In this document: positions 23,213-36,309 of the stretch, piece after piece
Layout of the letters: every line of letters begins with the position of its first letter
How positions within the stretch are numbered: the stretch's first letter is position 1
Assembly (NCBI GenBank): GCA_000388065.2
Contig: KB932201.1
Origin: Fonticula alba ATCC 38817
Lineage: Eukaryota; Protista; Nucleariida
DNA: 60,974 bases
Reading direction: 5' to 3' (one strand)
Translations under genes and position numbers: made by a program
Notes under the pieces: model-generated
The model's database searches: none
The model's input: only the letters and a program-made list of their open reading frames with translations
Told to the model about the DNA's origin: nothing

Positions 23213-26200
23213 TCAGTAGGGGATACCATTCTGCAGCTTCTGGAACATATCGTACGCGGTGGTGCGATAATTCTCGATGGACTTGGCGATGCACATGCGC
23301 ATGAACTGGGCGGCGCCGCGCTCGGAGAGCTCCGGCTGGAAGCGGTACCGCAGGCGCTTGAACACCTCGTCGCCACCGTGCGGGAAGCACGGCAGGTTGG
23401 ACCCCTGCATCAGGCGCACCAGGTGGATGACCTCCTGCATGTACGGGCGCAGGGCCAGGTAGCCCTGGACCACGAGCTCCGTGAACCACAGGTACGTCGG
23501 GCTGTCAACCCCACCGAGGACCTCGATCATCTCGCGCTTCAGCAGGAAGGGACTGGTCTCGAAGCCGCTCTTGAGGATGTCATTGAAGACCACACCGCCC
23601 GGGGAGATGCCGAGCACGAAACCGAAGTCAATGTGAATGATGTGCCCAGCCGAGTCCAGCATGATGTTGCCATTGTGCCGGTCACGCAGCGTCAGCAGGT
23701 ACACAATCACCGAGTAGGCGGCCATGGACCGGGCGAAGTTGGCCCGGGCCTTTTGGAAGGCTTGGCCATGCTCCGGGCCGAAGGCATTCAGGAAGTACGT
23801 CATCAGGGAGTTGACATTCTCCCGGCCGAGCATGTCACGGGAGATGGTGTTCGGCACGACCTCGATGACACCGCACCCGGCGTCGGTGGCCACCACCCGG
23901 TACGGGTAGGTGTACATGTCCAAGCCCACCTGGGAGAAGACCCGCTGGAAGAGGGCAATCATCTGCAGGGCCAGCACATCCTGCCGGCAGTCATCACCCA
24001 CCTTGAAGATGACCGACTGCCAGACGGACTCGCCATTGGCCGAAGCCGAGCCAGTGGCCCCGGGCTTCTCCACGCGGAAGGTGGCCATGAAGGGGGCCTT
24101 GGCGTGGGACTGCAGCGGCCGGCCGCTGGTGTAGTCGATGCCCAGGACCTTGCTCTCCGGGGTGGAGGGGAGATAGGCCCCGGCCGGCACGTCGAGGATC
24201 TTGCCAAGTTCCTCGTCGATCTTGGCCTTCTTTTCGCGCTTGGACTTGCGGATGTACGGCCGCAGGGACCCGGAAATGCCGGTCACCTGGGCGAAGAAGG
24301 AGAACTCGCGCTCATAGTAGGCCGAGTCCTCGCGGCTGAAGGAGGACACCACCTGCTGCAGGAGCTCATCCAGCACCGGCTTCAGGGCGTCCGGCTGCTC
24401 GCCCTCGGCATCGATGTACATGTTGGCCTTCATGTTCCAGATGAACTGATGGGCCAGCAGCTGGCCGCGCGGGTCGCGCGCGATGCTCCGAATGTAGTTG
24501 GCAATGTGCCCGCTCTGGTCATACCGCAGGGCCTGGACAATTTGCGGGGTGTAGAAGAGCATATGCGCGGCCGGGGTCTCATCCAACACGCGCACCGCAT
24601 ACTGCAAGACCAGCGGGTGAGCACGGTACTTCGGCAGGAAGAGGGCCAGGGCCGACATCGGCGGCACCGCCGCCCATGAGGGCAAAAACCGCAGGGCCGG
24701 CACCGAGCGCTCCAAATTCTCCGGCGTCAGCAAATACCACACGGCAGCCGGGTAGTGCTGGGCCTCGATCGGATCGGCGGCCACCAGGCGTTCCAGCGCC
24801 GGGGAAATGACCTCCCCGGCCGGGGGAACACGCTCGACCAGGCGCAAGGCCAGCCCCGGGTCCAGGCTCCAGGCGATGTCGGTGGCCGCCCGCCAATACT
24901 CGCGATTGGTGAGGGTATGCCGGGCGGGGAAGGCCGCGCCGAGGACCGCCCGCACGGCCTCCATCACCCCGACGACCCGGGAATTGCCCAAGGCCTGGTG
25001 CCAGCCCGGGGCAGAGAGGGCCGGCACATCGGACAGGGCCGCCGCCGAGGCCAGGCTCGGCAGCTGGGCGGGGATGCCGGTGCCGGTCACACCGGCGCCA
25101 GGTCCCATCATGTCGGCTGTCGCATCATCCTCATCGACCAATGCACCGAGCGACCCCTCGCCCATTGGCAGGGTGGAGAAGTCCGTGCCGACCGGAGTGC
25201 TGGCACTGGTGCTGGCACCGGAGCCGGTCCCCGACCGCAGAAGCCCCCCGCTGGCCGGGGCCGGATAGCTCCCGGCCGACAGCCAAATAAGCAGGCGATC
25301 AATCTCGAGAGCCACCAAGTGCATGAGCAGGCGGTGTGGCTCCTCGCCGGCATACCGGGCCAGCGCGGCGGCCACCGTCCCGGCAGTGGGGCTGGTCGCC
25401 GGCGGCAGGGCCGTCAGCAGCCGCAAGACCTCGGCCATGGTGGCCAGCTCCTGGAGCTGGCGGCCGATGTGCCCCGGAGACCAGCACGGCCGACCGGCGA
25501 ACCACGTCAGCAGGCTATGCACCACGCTCAGATGCAGGACGCGCACCTCGGCCGGCTGGCCGTAAAAGATGCCGGACCCGATGAGCGACAGGGCAATGTG
25601 CGCGGCCAGGAACCGGCCCAGGCGGGCCTCGGGCAGGGTGGAGAGCGTGGCATTGAAGGTCTCCCGGAGGAAGTGCATCAGCAGCTCCGCATGGACCGGG
25701 GACTTGTGCATGCGCGAGGAGGTGTATGACAGGAGGAAGCGCAGGACGGCCGTCTGACTGGCGGTGGCCAGCAGGTGCGGCTGCACCGGCTGATACTCCC
25801 CCGGCGGTTGGTAATCGATCTTCCCGTACACCGGGTCCACCAGGGCCGCCGTGGCAAAGAGCCCGGTCCGCGCGCGAACCGCCTGCGACCAGCCCAGCAC
25901 GATGTTGCTCAGCAGGGCCGTCTCAAGCTCCGGGCGCGAGACAATCAACCACCACCAGGCATCGACACAGGCCTCGGCCACGTGGGCCGCCAGGTCCGCC
26001 CGGCCGGAGATGAAGGGCAGGCGACCGAGGATGCGCAGGATGGAAATGGCCTCGCCCGACAGGTCAAAGGGAATGGCCGACTCGCTGGCGGCGGCCGACG
26101 TGGGGCGCGGGCTGGCCGCCGCGGCGGCCAAAGCCGCGGCCGCATCCCCCGGCGCATGGGCCAAGGCCTCCCCGGCCCCGGTGCCGGACAGGACCAGGTA

Positions 26201-29200
26201 CGCCGCGGCCCGGAGGATGATGCTGCGAATGCCGGCCGGGCTGACCAGACCGGCCATGCCGGGATCCTGGCTGATGGCCGACCGATCGGCCAGAGCGGCG
26301 CCCGGGCTGATGACATCGCACGGGGCCGACTGCTCCAGCTGGGCCACCAGCAGGCGCAGGCTGGCAAGCAGGGAGCGCGTGAGACGCCGGGCAGCGGGCG
26401 GGGCCCCGGTCCCCGGCTCCCCGGCCAGCGTGGCCGAGCTGATGTCCGCCGAGGCTGGCAGAGCACCCACCGAGCCGGAGATCAGCTTGGAGCGGAGCTC
26501 CCCGGCGTAGGTGCTTTGCTCGCAGAGGAGTCGCGTCAGGCGGGACGCCGCCAGTGCATTGTGACACAGGGCCATGGAGGCCAGGTCATCCGGCTCCGGA
26601 ACCAACTGGCGCTGGTCCAAGGCCGCAAAGTGCGTGGCCATGCGAACGGCATACTCCGGGCCCGGCACATCGAACCAGGGAACCACCACGGCCTCGAGCC
26701 CGGCAAAGTCCGGCCCGGTCAGCAGACGCACCGAGCTCGGGGAGGACTTGTTGGCGTACGCCACAAACAGGGCCCGGAAGGCCTCGGGCGATTCGGTGTA
26801 CAGGCGCCCGAGCCACCGGGTGGCCAGGTCCCCGCGCAGGTAGTCCCCCGTGCGGGCCAATTCCACCGGATTGGTGGACAGGGCCACGCGCAGGAGGCTG
26901 CCGGCCCCGGGCACGGCCGCCGGCACCAGCAGCCCGGCCATGGACCCGGAAATGGACAGCTGACTGGCCCGATAGGTGGCCAGGATCAAGGCACCAAGGG
27001 TGTCAATGAGCAGGGAATTGGCATGCAGATGCGTATTCAGCAGGAGGATCTGATCCAGGAAGCGCCGGGCCGCGACGGCCATCAACGGATCGAGGTCGAC
27101 ACTGGCCGCCAGCAGGCGCTGCGCCTCGCCGGCCAGCACCGTGTCCGGGGTGCGCAGGCGCCGGGCCTGGCCCAGGGCCCGGGCGAAAAGGGCCTCCGAC
27201 AGCCGGTCCAGCGTGGTGTCCAGAGGGGCGGCAAAGCGCGGGGCCGCCGCCGCCAGCCCCAGCAATGCCCGGACACTGAGCACCGGCCGCAGGCGCTCCA
27301 CCAGGGCCACGGTGTAGATGAACAACTGTTGCACATGGCCCAGAGCACGGAGATCGCCCACCGGCAGGTAGTTCACCAGCAAGCCGCGGACCTCCGGCTT
27401 GACGGCCGGCCAGGAGAAGCGGACCAGCGACGGGTCGGCCTGCAGCCCGGCATCAAAGGCCTGCAGGCCGCCCGCGCGGAAGAGCGCCGGGGTGGCATGG
27501 GCCACATACACGAATGCCGACCGAAGGGCCGAATCCGAGGGAAGCCGAGCCGTGAAGCCAAGTTGCGTGGCCAGGAACCAGAACTGCCGGAAGAGCAGCT
27601 CCACCCCATCGCCCACCGGCGAGGGGGAACCACCGCCCATGGCGGAGGCGGTGGTGGTGCTGGCGCCTTCGCTGGTGCCGGCCGGCTGGAGAATGGTATA
27701 CGGGACCACGGCCCCGGTGGCCGGGCAGCGGAAGTCCGCCTGGACGATGGATCCCATCAGGCGCACGATGGCCGCCAGCTTGGCCAGGGTCTCGGAGTCA
27801 TTGCGCAGGGTGGCCTGCGTGGCGCGAATGCCCCGCTCGATGAACACCCGGAGCAGGGCCACAAGCAGGGCGGCGCGCGTCTCGCACCGCTGCAGGTAGG
27901 CCAGACGCCCGGACAAGCGGGTCATGTAGGCCACCGCGTCGACGACCACCGCCCGACGGACCTTGTCCACGCTGGGGTCGGTGTCCTCAGACAGGAGCCC
28001 GGCAAAGAAGGCCACCACCTGGTGACGGATGGTGACCCCGGTCCCGGCGACCGGCTGCTCGGCCCCCACCAAGACCGCCATGCGGGACAGCTCGCGCGAA
28101 ATGCTGGAATACACCGAGTCCGAGGGGATGCCCCGCTCCAGCAGCGAGTGCGGCAGGGCCGACGACGAGTTGAAGTGCTGCTGCAGCGACACCATGATGT
28201 GGTGCACCAGAAGCGGCATGCTGGGGATGGCCAGCGCCAGGGCGCCCAGCGCCCGGATGGCATTCAGCTCGGACAGGTGGTGCAGCAGGGTATCCGAGGG
28301 CCCGGTGGCCAGGGCATCCGGCGCCGTGGCGCGGCTCGTGCCGAACATGGCACTCGAGATGGAGGTAATCATGTCCCGCAGGCGGAGCTCGGTGTCCGTG
28401 AGCCCGGCGGCGGCGGCGCCGGCGCCGGTGGCCGCCGCACTGCTGTTCAAGGCCAGCCCGGCCAGCGGGATGGACGACACCGAGTAGCTGGACATCGACA
28501 GGGGAAGGCCACTGGCGGAGGTGGCCCCGGTGGCCGAGGCACCGCGCGCCGGGCCCGGCCGGGGGCCGGTGGCACACGACAACAGGAGAACCTGCACAAA
28601 GTCCCCGACCAGCGTGGTGGCCAGGAGCCGGTAGAGCTCGCTCTCCGGTGTCAACATGGCAAAGAGCGGCAATGGATCGAAGAGGGCCGACTCCAGGATC
28701 TTCAGGATGGTGTCACCATGTTCGGGGTACCTGCGCGGGGTATGGCAGGCAGGGTGCGATGATGGGGCGCGATGGCATGTCAGTGCCGAAAGGCGAAGCA
28801 GCGAGAAGGAGGCAAAACTGAGAAGGAGGGGGGGGGGGGGGAACGACAGCTGGGACATTCTCGCTCCGGCGATGGGGCCCATCGCAAGAGGGATCCTCGG
28901 TCGCAGGCGGGACACCGACGCACTTGGTGGCCAGCAGGAAGAGGGCCGAGGAGCAGGCACGCGTGGCGAACACCTGCGGGCCGAGGCCGGCCACAGTGCC
29001 AGACGGGACCATCCCCTGGAGGATGGACGTGCAGTAGCCGATGCAGTCGTCCGGGCTGACGATGTCATCGCGCAGCATGGCCAGCAGAGACAGGGAGGTC
29101 TGGATGACGGGCGCAAACATGGTGCTTGGGTCAGACTGGGGCCATGGCCCGGGCGTGCAGCCGGGGGACATGCGAGGGGCACGAAGAAGGCAGGCCGCGC

Positions 29201-30106
29201 GTGTCTTTCCCGCTGGCGGAAGGCCAAATGGAACGCGCGCGCGCAACGCACCAGCGATGAGGACAGAGTCCGATAGAGGAAGGCCACCTCACCAGCGAGG
29301 GACTCATCGGCCAGGCCGACGATCTCATTGGCCCGAAGCAGGCAGAAGTCCAGTTCGTTGGTGACGAAGTCCAGCAGCACGGCATCATGATCGCCGGCCG
29401 GGGTGTCCTCACTTCCGCCGCCGACCGCCAGCGGGCCCTCGGCCACCGACGGCGAGGACAGGGTAGCCACCGAGGCGGTGGACGAGGACTCGCACTCGGC
29501 CAGCGAGCTGGCCAGAACTGGTGTCGGGCACGTGGCCACGCGGCCCTGGAGGTAGTGCACGACACTGGGCCGTGGGAGGAGCGCGTACGGGTTTCCAGCA
29601 AGTGTGTGTGTGTGTGTGTGTGTATGTAGGGGCGGAAGCGGGAGCGGCGGCCGGGTAAGTATCAGGAGCCCCCTGCAGCGGAGTTGGCTGGCCCCGGGGA
29701 GGAAGGGGGGAGCAATGCACTGTTCGTGACGGCAAGCCGGCGATACGCACACACGATGGATGATGTCGGTGAAGGGGCGCGCAGCGGCGGCGGCAGCAGC
29801 GGCGCACGCCTGCTGGTGATCACTCTCATCGAGTAGAGTGCCATCAGCGGAGGGTTCCTGCTCCAGGCGACTGGCCGTGTCCAGCATGACCCCCTGCTCC
29901 AAGCCCGACACCAGTTGCGACACATGCGACAGGAAGGAGGTGAAGGCCGGCAGGGGAACAATGTGCGAGGGCCCACAGCTGAAGGCACCGAGAATGCCTT
30001 CCAGGAGAGCGCAGCAGTTCGGGTCCTTCAGGGCTGGTGGAGGGCCGGCCAGTAGGTCAGTAAGGATGTTGCCGAGTAGGAGAGGAGGGCTCCCCGAGGG
30101 GGGAAA

Positions 30107-30145
<39 letters not shown>

Positions 30146-31325
30146 GGGGGGGGGGGGGGGGAGGAGCGACAGGGCTGCGTACCATAGCTGCCTGGGCTGG
30201 CCGCCGGAGCGAGAGACTCCAGAGAGGAAATGCGCCGGAGCAGGCGGTCCATCAGGAAGGCACGGCTGGGACTGCGCGTGGGCAGAGCATCGGCCGTCTC
30301 GAGCATAACCTCGACAAGGCGAGCAATCACCTTGCGGTCGACTGGCCAGGGCAGCGTGCGTGTATGAGCGAGAGGGAGGGAGGGAGGAGGGGAATGGACG
30401 GGAGAAACACAAAGAGTGAGCAAAGCAGATGCGGTGGCAGAGGATACCCAGAAAGACCGGATGCAGAGGCGGGGCCAGGCGAGGCGAGGCGAGGCGAGGT
30501 CACACTGCGCACACTGGCCATTGGGGAAGAGGTCCGGCGAGGAAAGGGCCGTCAGGCCCAGGGCAATGGGCTCATCCGGGGAGATGATCGGGGCCGGCAG
30601 CGACAGCACCGACAGGCGGAAGAGGGCGATGACAGCGGCCAGCTGACGCTCGCCCTGGGGGCGATTTTCGTTTGGACCCACATGCCAGGGGAGGAACAGT
30701 GCACAAGCGAAAGGACATCAAGCCGGGTGAGCGGAAGTCGGCGAGGAAAAGAAAAAAGGTGAAATGAAAGAAGGAGAGGTCGGAATGCGGGAGGGGGGGG
30801 GGGAAGGGGGAGGGGGAGGGAGGAATAAAAGAGGAGAACGCCGCGTGGCGCACCAGCAGGTCGGCCGTCACGCGCTTGGCGGGAGAATACTCGCCGGAGG
30901 CGGCCTGCATGATGATGTACGAGTCGGCCGGGCCGCCGGCCGGGAGGAAGTCCAACGCCCGAGACACCAGGGTTTGGGGAACGATACCGGCCAGGAAAGA
31001 CAGGATCCCCTGGTGGTCCTTCGGATCGCCGGACTGGTGGCAGATCTCCACCCACCGGAGGAGAGACGCCTCGAAGGTCTCGGTGGTGGCATGCTGCCGG
31101 CCGACCGGCGGGGCGGCGCCGGCCGAGGAGACGGCCTTCGACAGGAGGGTCATCGAAGCGGCGCTCGAGGGGGCCGGCACCAGCGGCGCGCCGTCAGGCA
31201 GGGCGGTATTGGCGCTACATGGGCGGGAGGTCAGCAACTGGTGGTGAGGAGCAGCCGGCCGGCCGGCCGGGGGGGGGAGGGCAGGGGACAGGGGGCGGGG
31301 TGACACGGGGAGGGACATACACCAT
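23213..31325 (-). CDS. PI4KA: Phosphatidylinositol 4-kinase type III alpha (Stt4/PI4KA), multi-exon
   Basis: C-terminal helical domain (LFYTPQIVQALRYD, LLAHQFIWNMKAN) and kinase domain (GRPLQSHAKAPF, IFKVGDDCRQDVLALQ, DRHNGNIMLD..GHIIHIDFGF), ending QNGIPY at 23213. Last large exon is about 28730-23213. Upstream exons switch frame across CT/CA/poly-C introns. The start near 31325 (ATG followed by GTGTAT) is tentative. Confidence 0.95.
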
Positions 31326-32713
31326 GGCTTCGGCCGCGGCCAGTGATGGGTGCGGTAGAGTGGGAGGAAGGGGCGACCTCTGGAGCACGATCGGCGAGGG
31401 GCGAGGGGCGAGGAAGCCAGGAGACAGCCGGGCGAGTGGGGAGAGAGAGAGAGAGAGAGAGGGGGGAGGAGGGCGGGGGAAAAAGGTGAAGGTGTGAAAG
31501 TGGGGCCCACTCAGAGAGGCCAGGCGCTGAGGGGGCACCAGCCCCGGGCCGGTGCGGCAAGAGTATTCTCCCGGCTTGGTCCCGAAGCGGCGAGGTGCCT
31601 CGGGGCGCCTCACGGGCCCCGCTCGGGTCTCGCCGTCCTGTGCGCACCGTGGAGGCCATCACTCGCGCATGAAAGAGCTCCACAACATCGGAATAACGCC
31701 CAAAGCGTAGGGAGCGCACGCCCACCATCGGGGGCTGGTATTCTCCGGGTCCAACGGGCGGGGGGGGGCGGGGGCGGGACACCCCAACCCTGTTTCAGAG
31801 GACCGGCAGCGAGCCGTCCTGGCTCGCCACAGCGCCCGGGCCCCACTGCCCGGGCCTCTCGCTGCTTGGGTGGCCGTGGCGAGGGCGGGCCCGTTCTGGG
31901 GGCGGGAAATAAAAACGGAAGCTCCTCGCGCCGGGTCCCCCCGGCCCGTGTCAGCCCCACAGGCCCCACGCGCCTCCGCCCACATCCTCGATCAAAGCGC
32001 GTCCCCGGGCAGCTGGGTGGGGCGTCTTTTGTCGTCCCTTTTCCCCGGGGTTCTGCGCGGCATGCCTGGGCGTGGCACCGGCGCTGGCGCCGGCGCCGGC
32101 GCCGGAACCGGTGCATATGCGCGCGACCGGGGCCCGGCCGACACGCCGCTCCGCTGCTTTCCAATCTCGTGTCCCCCCGCCGCGCCAGGATCTCGCACTG
32201 CTGCGCGCGTCAGCCCGGCTGGGCAGCGCATGTCTCTCGGCCCCCCGGGTGGGGCATTCCATGGAATTGATGCAGGCCCCCCCCCCCCCCCCCCCCCCCC
32301 CCGCCCAAACCTGGCGCGCACGAAGCGCCTCCGTTGCAGCCCCCCTTCCTCGCTTTGGGCTGCCCCGGGCGAAAGCGCCCGGTCTTCCCCCGCCAGCCGG
32401 GCCTCGGGGGCGGGAATGTCCCATGCGTGGGCACCCCAAGTGCCAACGTCGCATTTGCGCGGGACACGCGCCCGCCGCCGGGCCCTGCCGCCCGAGATCA
32501 TGGCAGCCAGCTCGTCGGATTTGTTCACACTCTCGCTGACGCGTGCGCGCATTCAATCCACAGCCGGAGACAGGAAGCAAACGAGCAGGAAAGAGAGCGA
32601 AAGAGGGAGAGAGACAGAGGGGGGAGGAAAGAAAAGCACACGGGGACACAGGCAGCTCCATTTTCCCCCCGCCGAGGAGAGCGCGGGAACGAGGCGAGGG
32701 CGAGCTACCTCCA

Positions 32714-34655
32714 CTACTCATTGGCCCCGAAGTAGCGCGGGTTCTTCTCAATGCGGATGATGCGCACAAGCGGCTCGACATCCTCCTCGCTGTCGGACGG
32801 CCCGCGGCCCGGGACCGTGGTGGCCTCCGTGGTGTAGGTGACCACGACACGGTCAAACTGGACCGCGTGCTCGAGCGGCGCCGCGTCAGCCTGCGAGGCG
32901 GCCAGCGAGCGCCGATGGATGGACCGGATGTCGAAGCTGAGCGCCTGCACCAGGAAGTCATGGGCCTCCTGGAAGGTGGGGTAAAACTGGAAGGTATTCC
33001 GCCGGCACAGGTGTTCCAGCGAGGCCAAGGCCTCCTCGGTGAACTCCACCGAGGAGAAGTCCGTGGATGAGGTGGGCGGAATCCACTCCGGACGCGTGGC
33101 GTCCGGGAAGGCGTCCACACTGGGCAGGGGAGAAAGTGGAGAGAGAGAGAGCGAGAAAGAGGGAGGGAGGGAGGGAGGGAAGAAAAGGGGGCGGGGGATC
33201 AGAGGGCCGGGAATGCATGGTGGCAGGCAAGGGATCGCGCGAGGACAAGGGGCAGGCAAGATGCCACGGGACGGGCGTGACAGGGGCACGTACTCCGGGT
33301 TGTAGCCCTTGATGTCGTAGATGGGCGTCCCGTCGATCAGATCGATGCCGGACAGATGCAGAACGCCATCCTTCACGGCGTCCAGGGTGACCAGGCTCAG
33401 GCCCAGGGGGTTGGGCCGGTGGGGCGAGCGCGTGGCGAAGACACCCACCTTCTGGCCGAAGCGCGGCGGGGTGACCTTGCTCTTGAGCGGAGCCCCAGGG
33501 AGGTTGGTGTTCTCGTGGAAGCCGAAGATCAGGTAGAGGTGCGAGTAGTCTGGGCCGGGCCGGGCCAGGGGAGGGGGGGGGGGNNNNNNNNNNNNNNNNN
33601 NNNNNNNNNNNNNNNNNNNNNNNNNNNNNNNNNNNNNNNNNNNNNNNNNNNNNNGTGTGTGTGTGTGTGAGGGGGGGGGGGGGGGGGGGGGGGGGAGGGG
33701 GGGGGGGAAAAAGGGGGGGGGTGGGGGCGGGGGGGGAAAAAAAAGGAAAAAGAAAAAAAAAACCCCCCCCCCCCGGAAAAAAAAAAAAAACCCCCCCCCC
33801 CCCCCCCCCGGCAGCAGCAGGCGGAAAAAGAGAAAGGAAAACAAAAGAGGAGGGAGCAACCCTCGCCTGTCCCTGCCACCGAAAAGGCACGCCACATACG
33901 CTCAATCCCATCGAAGGCATAGCGGCCGTCCAGCTTCAGGGACTTGTCCAGACGCAAGGTGGCCCGGGCCCGGGTCACCACCAGCCCCTGCCGGGGGGTG
34001 CCATTGCGCGTCTTGAACACCGAGTGCAGATGGCCGATCGGCCGCAAGAGCATGTCCGTCGGGGGCCGGGTCCCGGCGGCACCCTCCACCGGGGCCAGCG
34101 TGACGGCGCCGGTGTCGCTGGCCGAGGCGTCGGCGTCAGCCGAGGAGCCCTGGAGCTTGGACACCGACTGCAGCGACCGGAGGGCCTGGGGTGAAGCAGC
34201 GATAGGAGGGGGGGGGGAGAGGACGCGAGGAGGCGCACGAGCGTGCAAGCATGAGTAGGAGTGCAAGTGGCATGGGGGAAAGAGAGAGAGAGAGAGAGAG
34301 AGCGCGCGCGAGGGCGTGGGCGAGGGGGGAGAGCGGGGAAGCCAGAATGGCGGCCGAGCCCGGCACGGTGGCCGAGCCTGGCACGGCGGCCGAGCCCGGC
34401 GGCTCGACGACGCACCTGCTCGGCCTTGATGCGGCCAGTTCGCTCCTCGCGGCGCAGCTGCTCGGCCTTCTCCTTGGCCTGGATGGCCTGCTCCAGCTGC
34501 ACGGCCAGCTCCTCGTCGTGAGGCTCGATCTTCGGGGCCGACGGCTCGGAGGAAAGCGACCGCAGGCGCAGCATGAGGAAGACCGAAGTCAGACTGGCGA
34601 CCACCGCCACAGCGGTCGAGGCAATCAGGGCTGGCGGCGGGCTTGGGAGATCCAT
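32714..34655 (-). CDS. TRMO: tRNA (adenine(37)-N6)-methyltransferase TrmO/TsaA family
   Basis: LRPIGHLHSVFKTRNGTPRQG, YSHLYLIFGFHEN, KVTPPRFGQKVGVFATRSPHRPNPLGLS, LSGIDLIDGTPIYDIK and a C-terminal FDIRS. Exon 1 (34655-34416) encodes a hydrophobic segment and a coiled coil (EERTGRIKAEQ). One intron contains an N-gap. Confidence 0.93.
33584..33654. other. Assembly gap in a TRMO intron
   Basis: Run of N after poly-G, followed by low-quality-looking homopolymer sequence to about 33830. Confidence 0.99.
34349..34400. repeat. 18-bp tandem repeat, about 3 copies, in TRMO intron 1
   Basis: ggcggccgagcccggcac / ggtggccgagcctggcac / ggcggccgagcccggc. Confidence 0.8.
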
Positions 34656-35621
34656 TGGCGGCTAGGGGAAGGGGAAGAGGGAGGAAGCGAAGGGGAGTGG
34701 TCGCTGCGACGACACGGGCGGGGAGGAGGGCGCCGGGGGATGGGGGGCGGCAGGCGAGAGGGGAGGCAGGGGACGGATGGAGACACAGCCGCCAGCGGGA
34801 GGAGGAGGGAGCCGGGCAATCGGTGCAGGATGGATCTCGGCCCCGGTCCCCCGGGGGGCGACACAGCAGGGCGCCACAAGGCCACACATATGTGGGCCAA
34901 TATCACACAGGTCAGTCAAAAATACGCTGGCATTCCCGCCATCCGCAGTTCGGCCACCGGGCCCATGCCAGTCAGCCCGTCGGCTGTGGGGCCCCCCCCC
35001 CCCCCCCCCATCCCTGCGCCGTGCACAAGCGCAAGCGCGTATGTCTGTGCTGTGTCTCCCGTGTGCCCTGGTGAGCCCGTAGATGCGGATGCATTCTCTC
35101 GGGAGCGCCATGTTATTGTCCCTGCCCGGAGCCCTCGCTCCCCCCCCCGCCCGCCTGCCCGCCTGCCCGCCCGCCTGGCGTCCTGGCCAGACCGCTGGGG
35201 GAAATGGCATCCCCACCTGCCAACTGCGCCCGGCGGGCGGGGACATGCACGCGCGCGAGGAGCGCGCAAGAAACCAGGACCAGCCGGCCGCACTGGCCAA
35301 CCTGACCTCGGGCGCCGGGCGAACGGCGCAATCGGCGCTGGTCGGGTTCCGGAGGCAAAGTCACACCGGCCCAACCCATCCCGCCGATGGGGGGCTTTTT
35401 TTTTTTTTGCGTCTCTGTTGATCGCGCAGATCCCCTCGCCCGCCGGCCCGTGTCCGTTGGCCGGGCGTTGTGCACTCGGGGCAAAAGGCGGGCCGCAGCT
35501 CTGCCCGGCCAGCGTGAGCTCGGCCGGTCATCCCCGCCCTCCTCCCCCCCTTCCCCCTTCGGACACTTGTCAACGCCTCCCCTCTCAGGGCGCTGGTCCT
35601 CCGCGATCTGGCCCCCATATC

Positions 35622-35679
35622 NNNNNNNNNNNNNNNNNNNNNNNNNNNNNNNNNNNNNNNNNNNNNNNNNNNNNNNNNN
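35622..35679. other. Assembly gap just upstream of the WDR81 coding region
   Basis: Run of N with a C-run on the right flank. Confidence 0.99.
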
Positions 35680-35692
35680 CCCCCCGCCCAGC

Positions 35693-36272
35693 ATGGTTCA
35701 GCCACCGGTGGCCGATCAGCAGCCGGGCGTGGGCATTGCCGCCGCCCTGGCCGGTGATTCGCCGGGGAAGGTCCTCCCCACGGCCGAGGAGATCATGCAC
35801 TTCCTGCGCGAGACCCTCTTCGCCGGGACCGACCCCTCGCTGGGCCCGTCGCCTCTCTTCCACCACTTCCCGACCCCGAGCCAGGGGGTGGTGATCCAGA
35901 CCAGTGTCGGCACCTTGCGCCAGGCTGTTCGGCCGGGGCTTCGGCCACTTGTGCTCGCCTGCATCCGAGCATACGCCCTGTCCGACAACAATGATGCCTA
36001 CCTCCCGCTGAGCATGCTCCTCTGGCAGGCCCGATTGGCAGCCAGCCATGGGAGCACCCCTTGCCAGGGGTCCGCACCCGAGGCCGAGGCCGATGTCGAA
36101 GTCGACGCCCGGCTTCTGAAGTCCCTGGACCACCCCTCGCCGGTGGATGACTGTGTGATTTCCTTTGGAATCTCGGTTCTGCTTGATGGTGCGTCACAAT
36201 TTCCCCCTTCTTCCCCTCCTCCTCCCTGCTCCTCCTCTTGCTGCTGCTGCTGCTGCTGCTGTTGCTGCTGCT

Positions 36273-36309
<37 letters not shown>

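Noticed and set aside
25775-28762. 995-aa + strand ORF suggesting an overlapping gene
   Set aside because: Gly/Arg/Gln-rich antisense shadow of PI4KA with no motifs.
33655-33830. Striking G/A/C homopolymer blocks
   Set aside because: They adjoin a gap and look like low-quality read sequence rather than a structured element.
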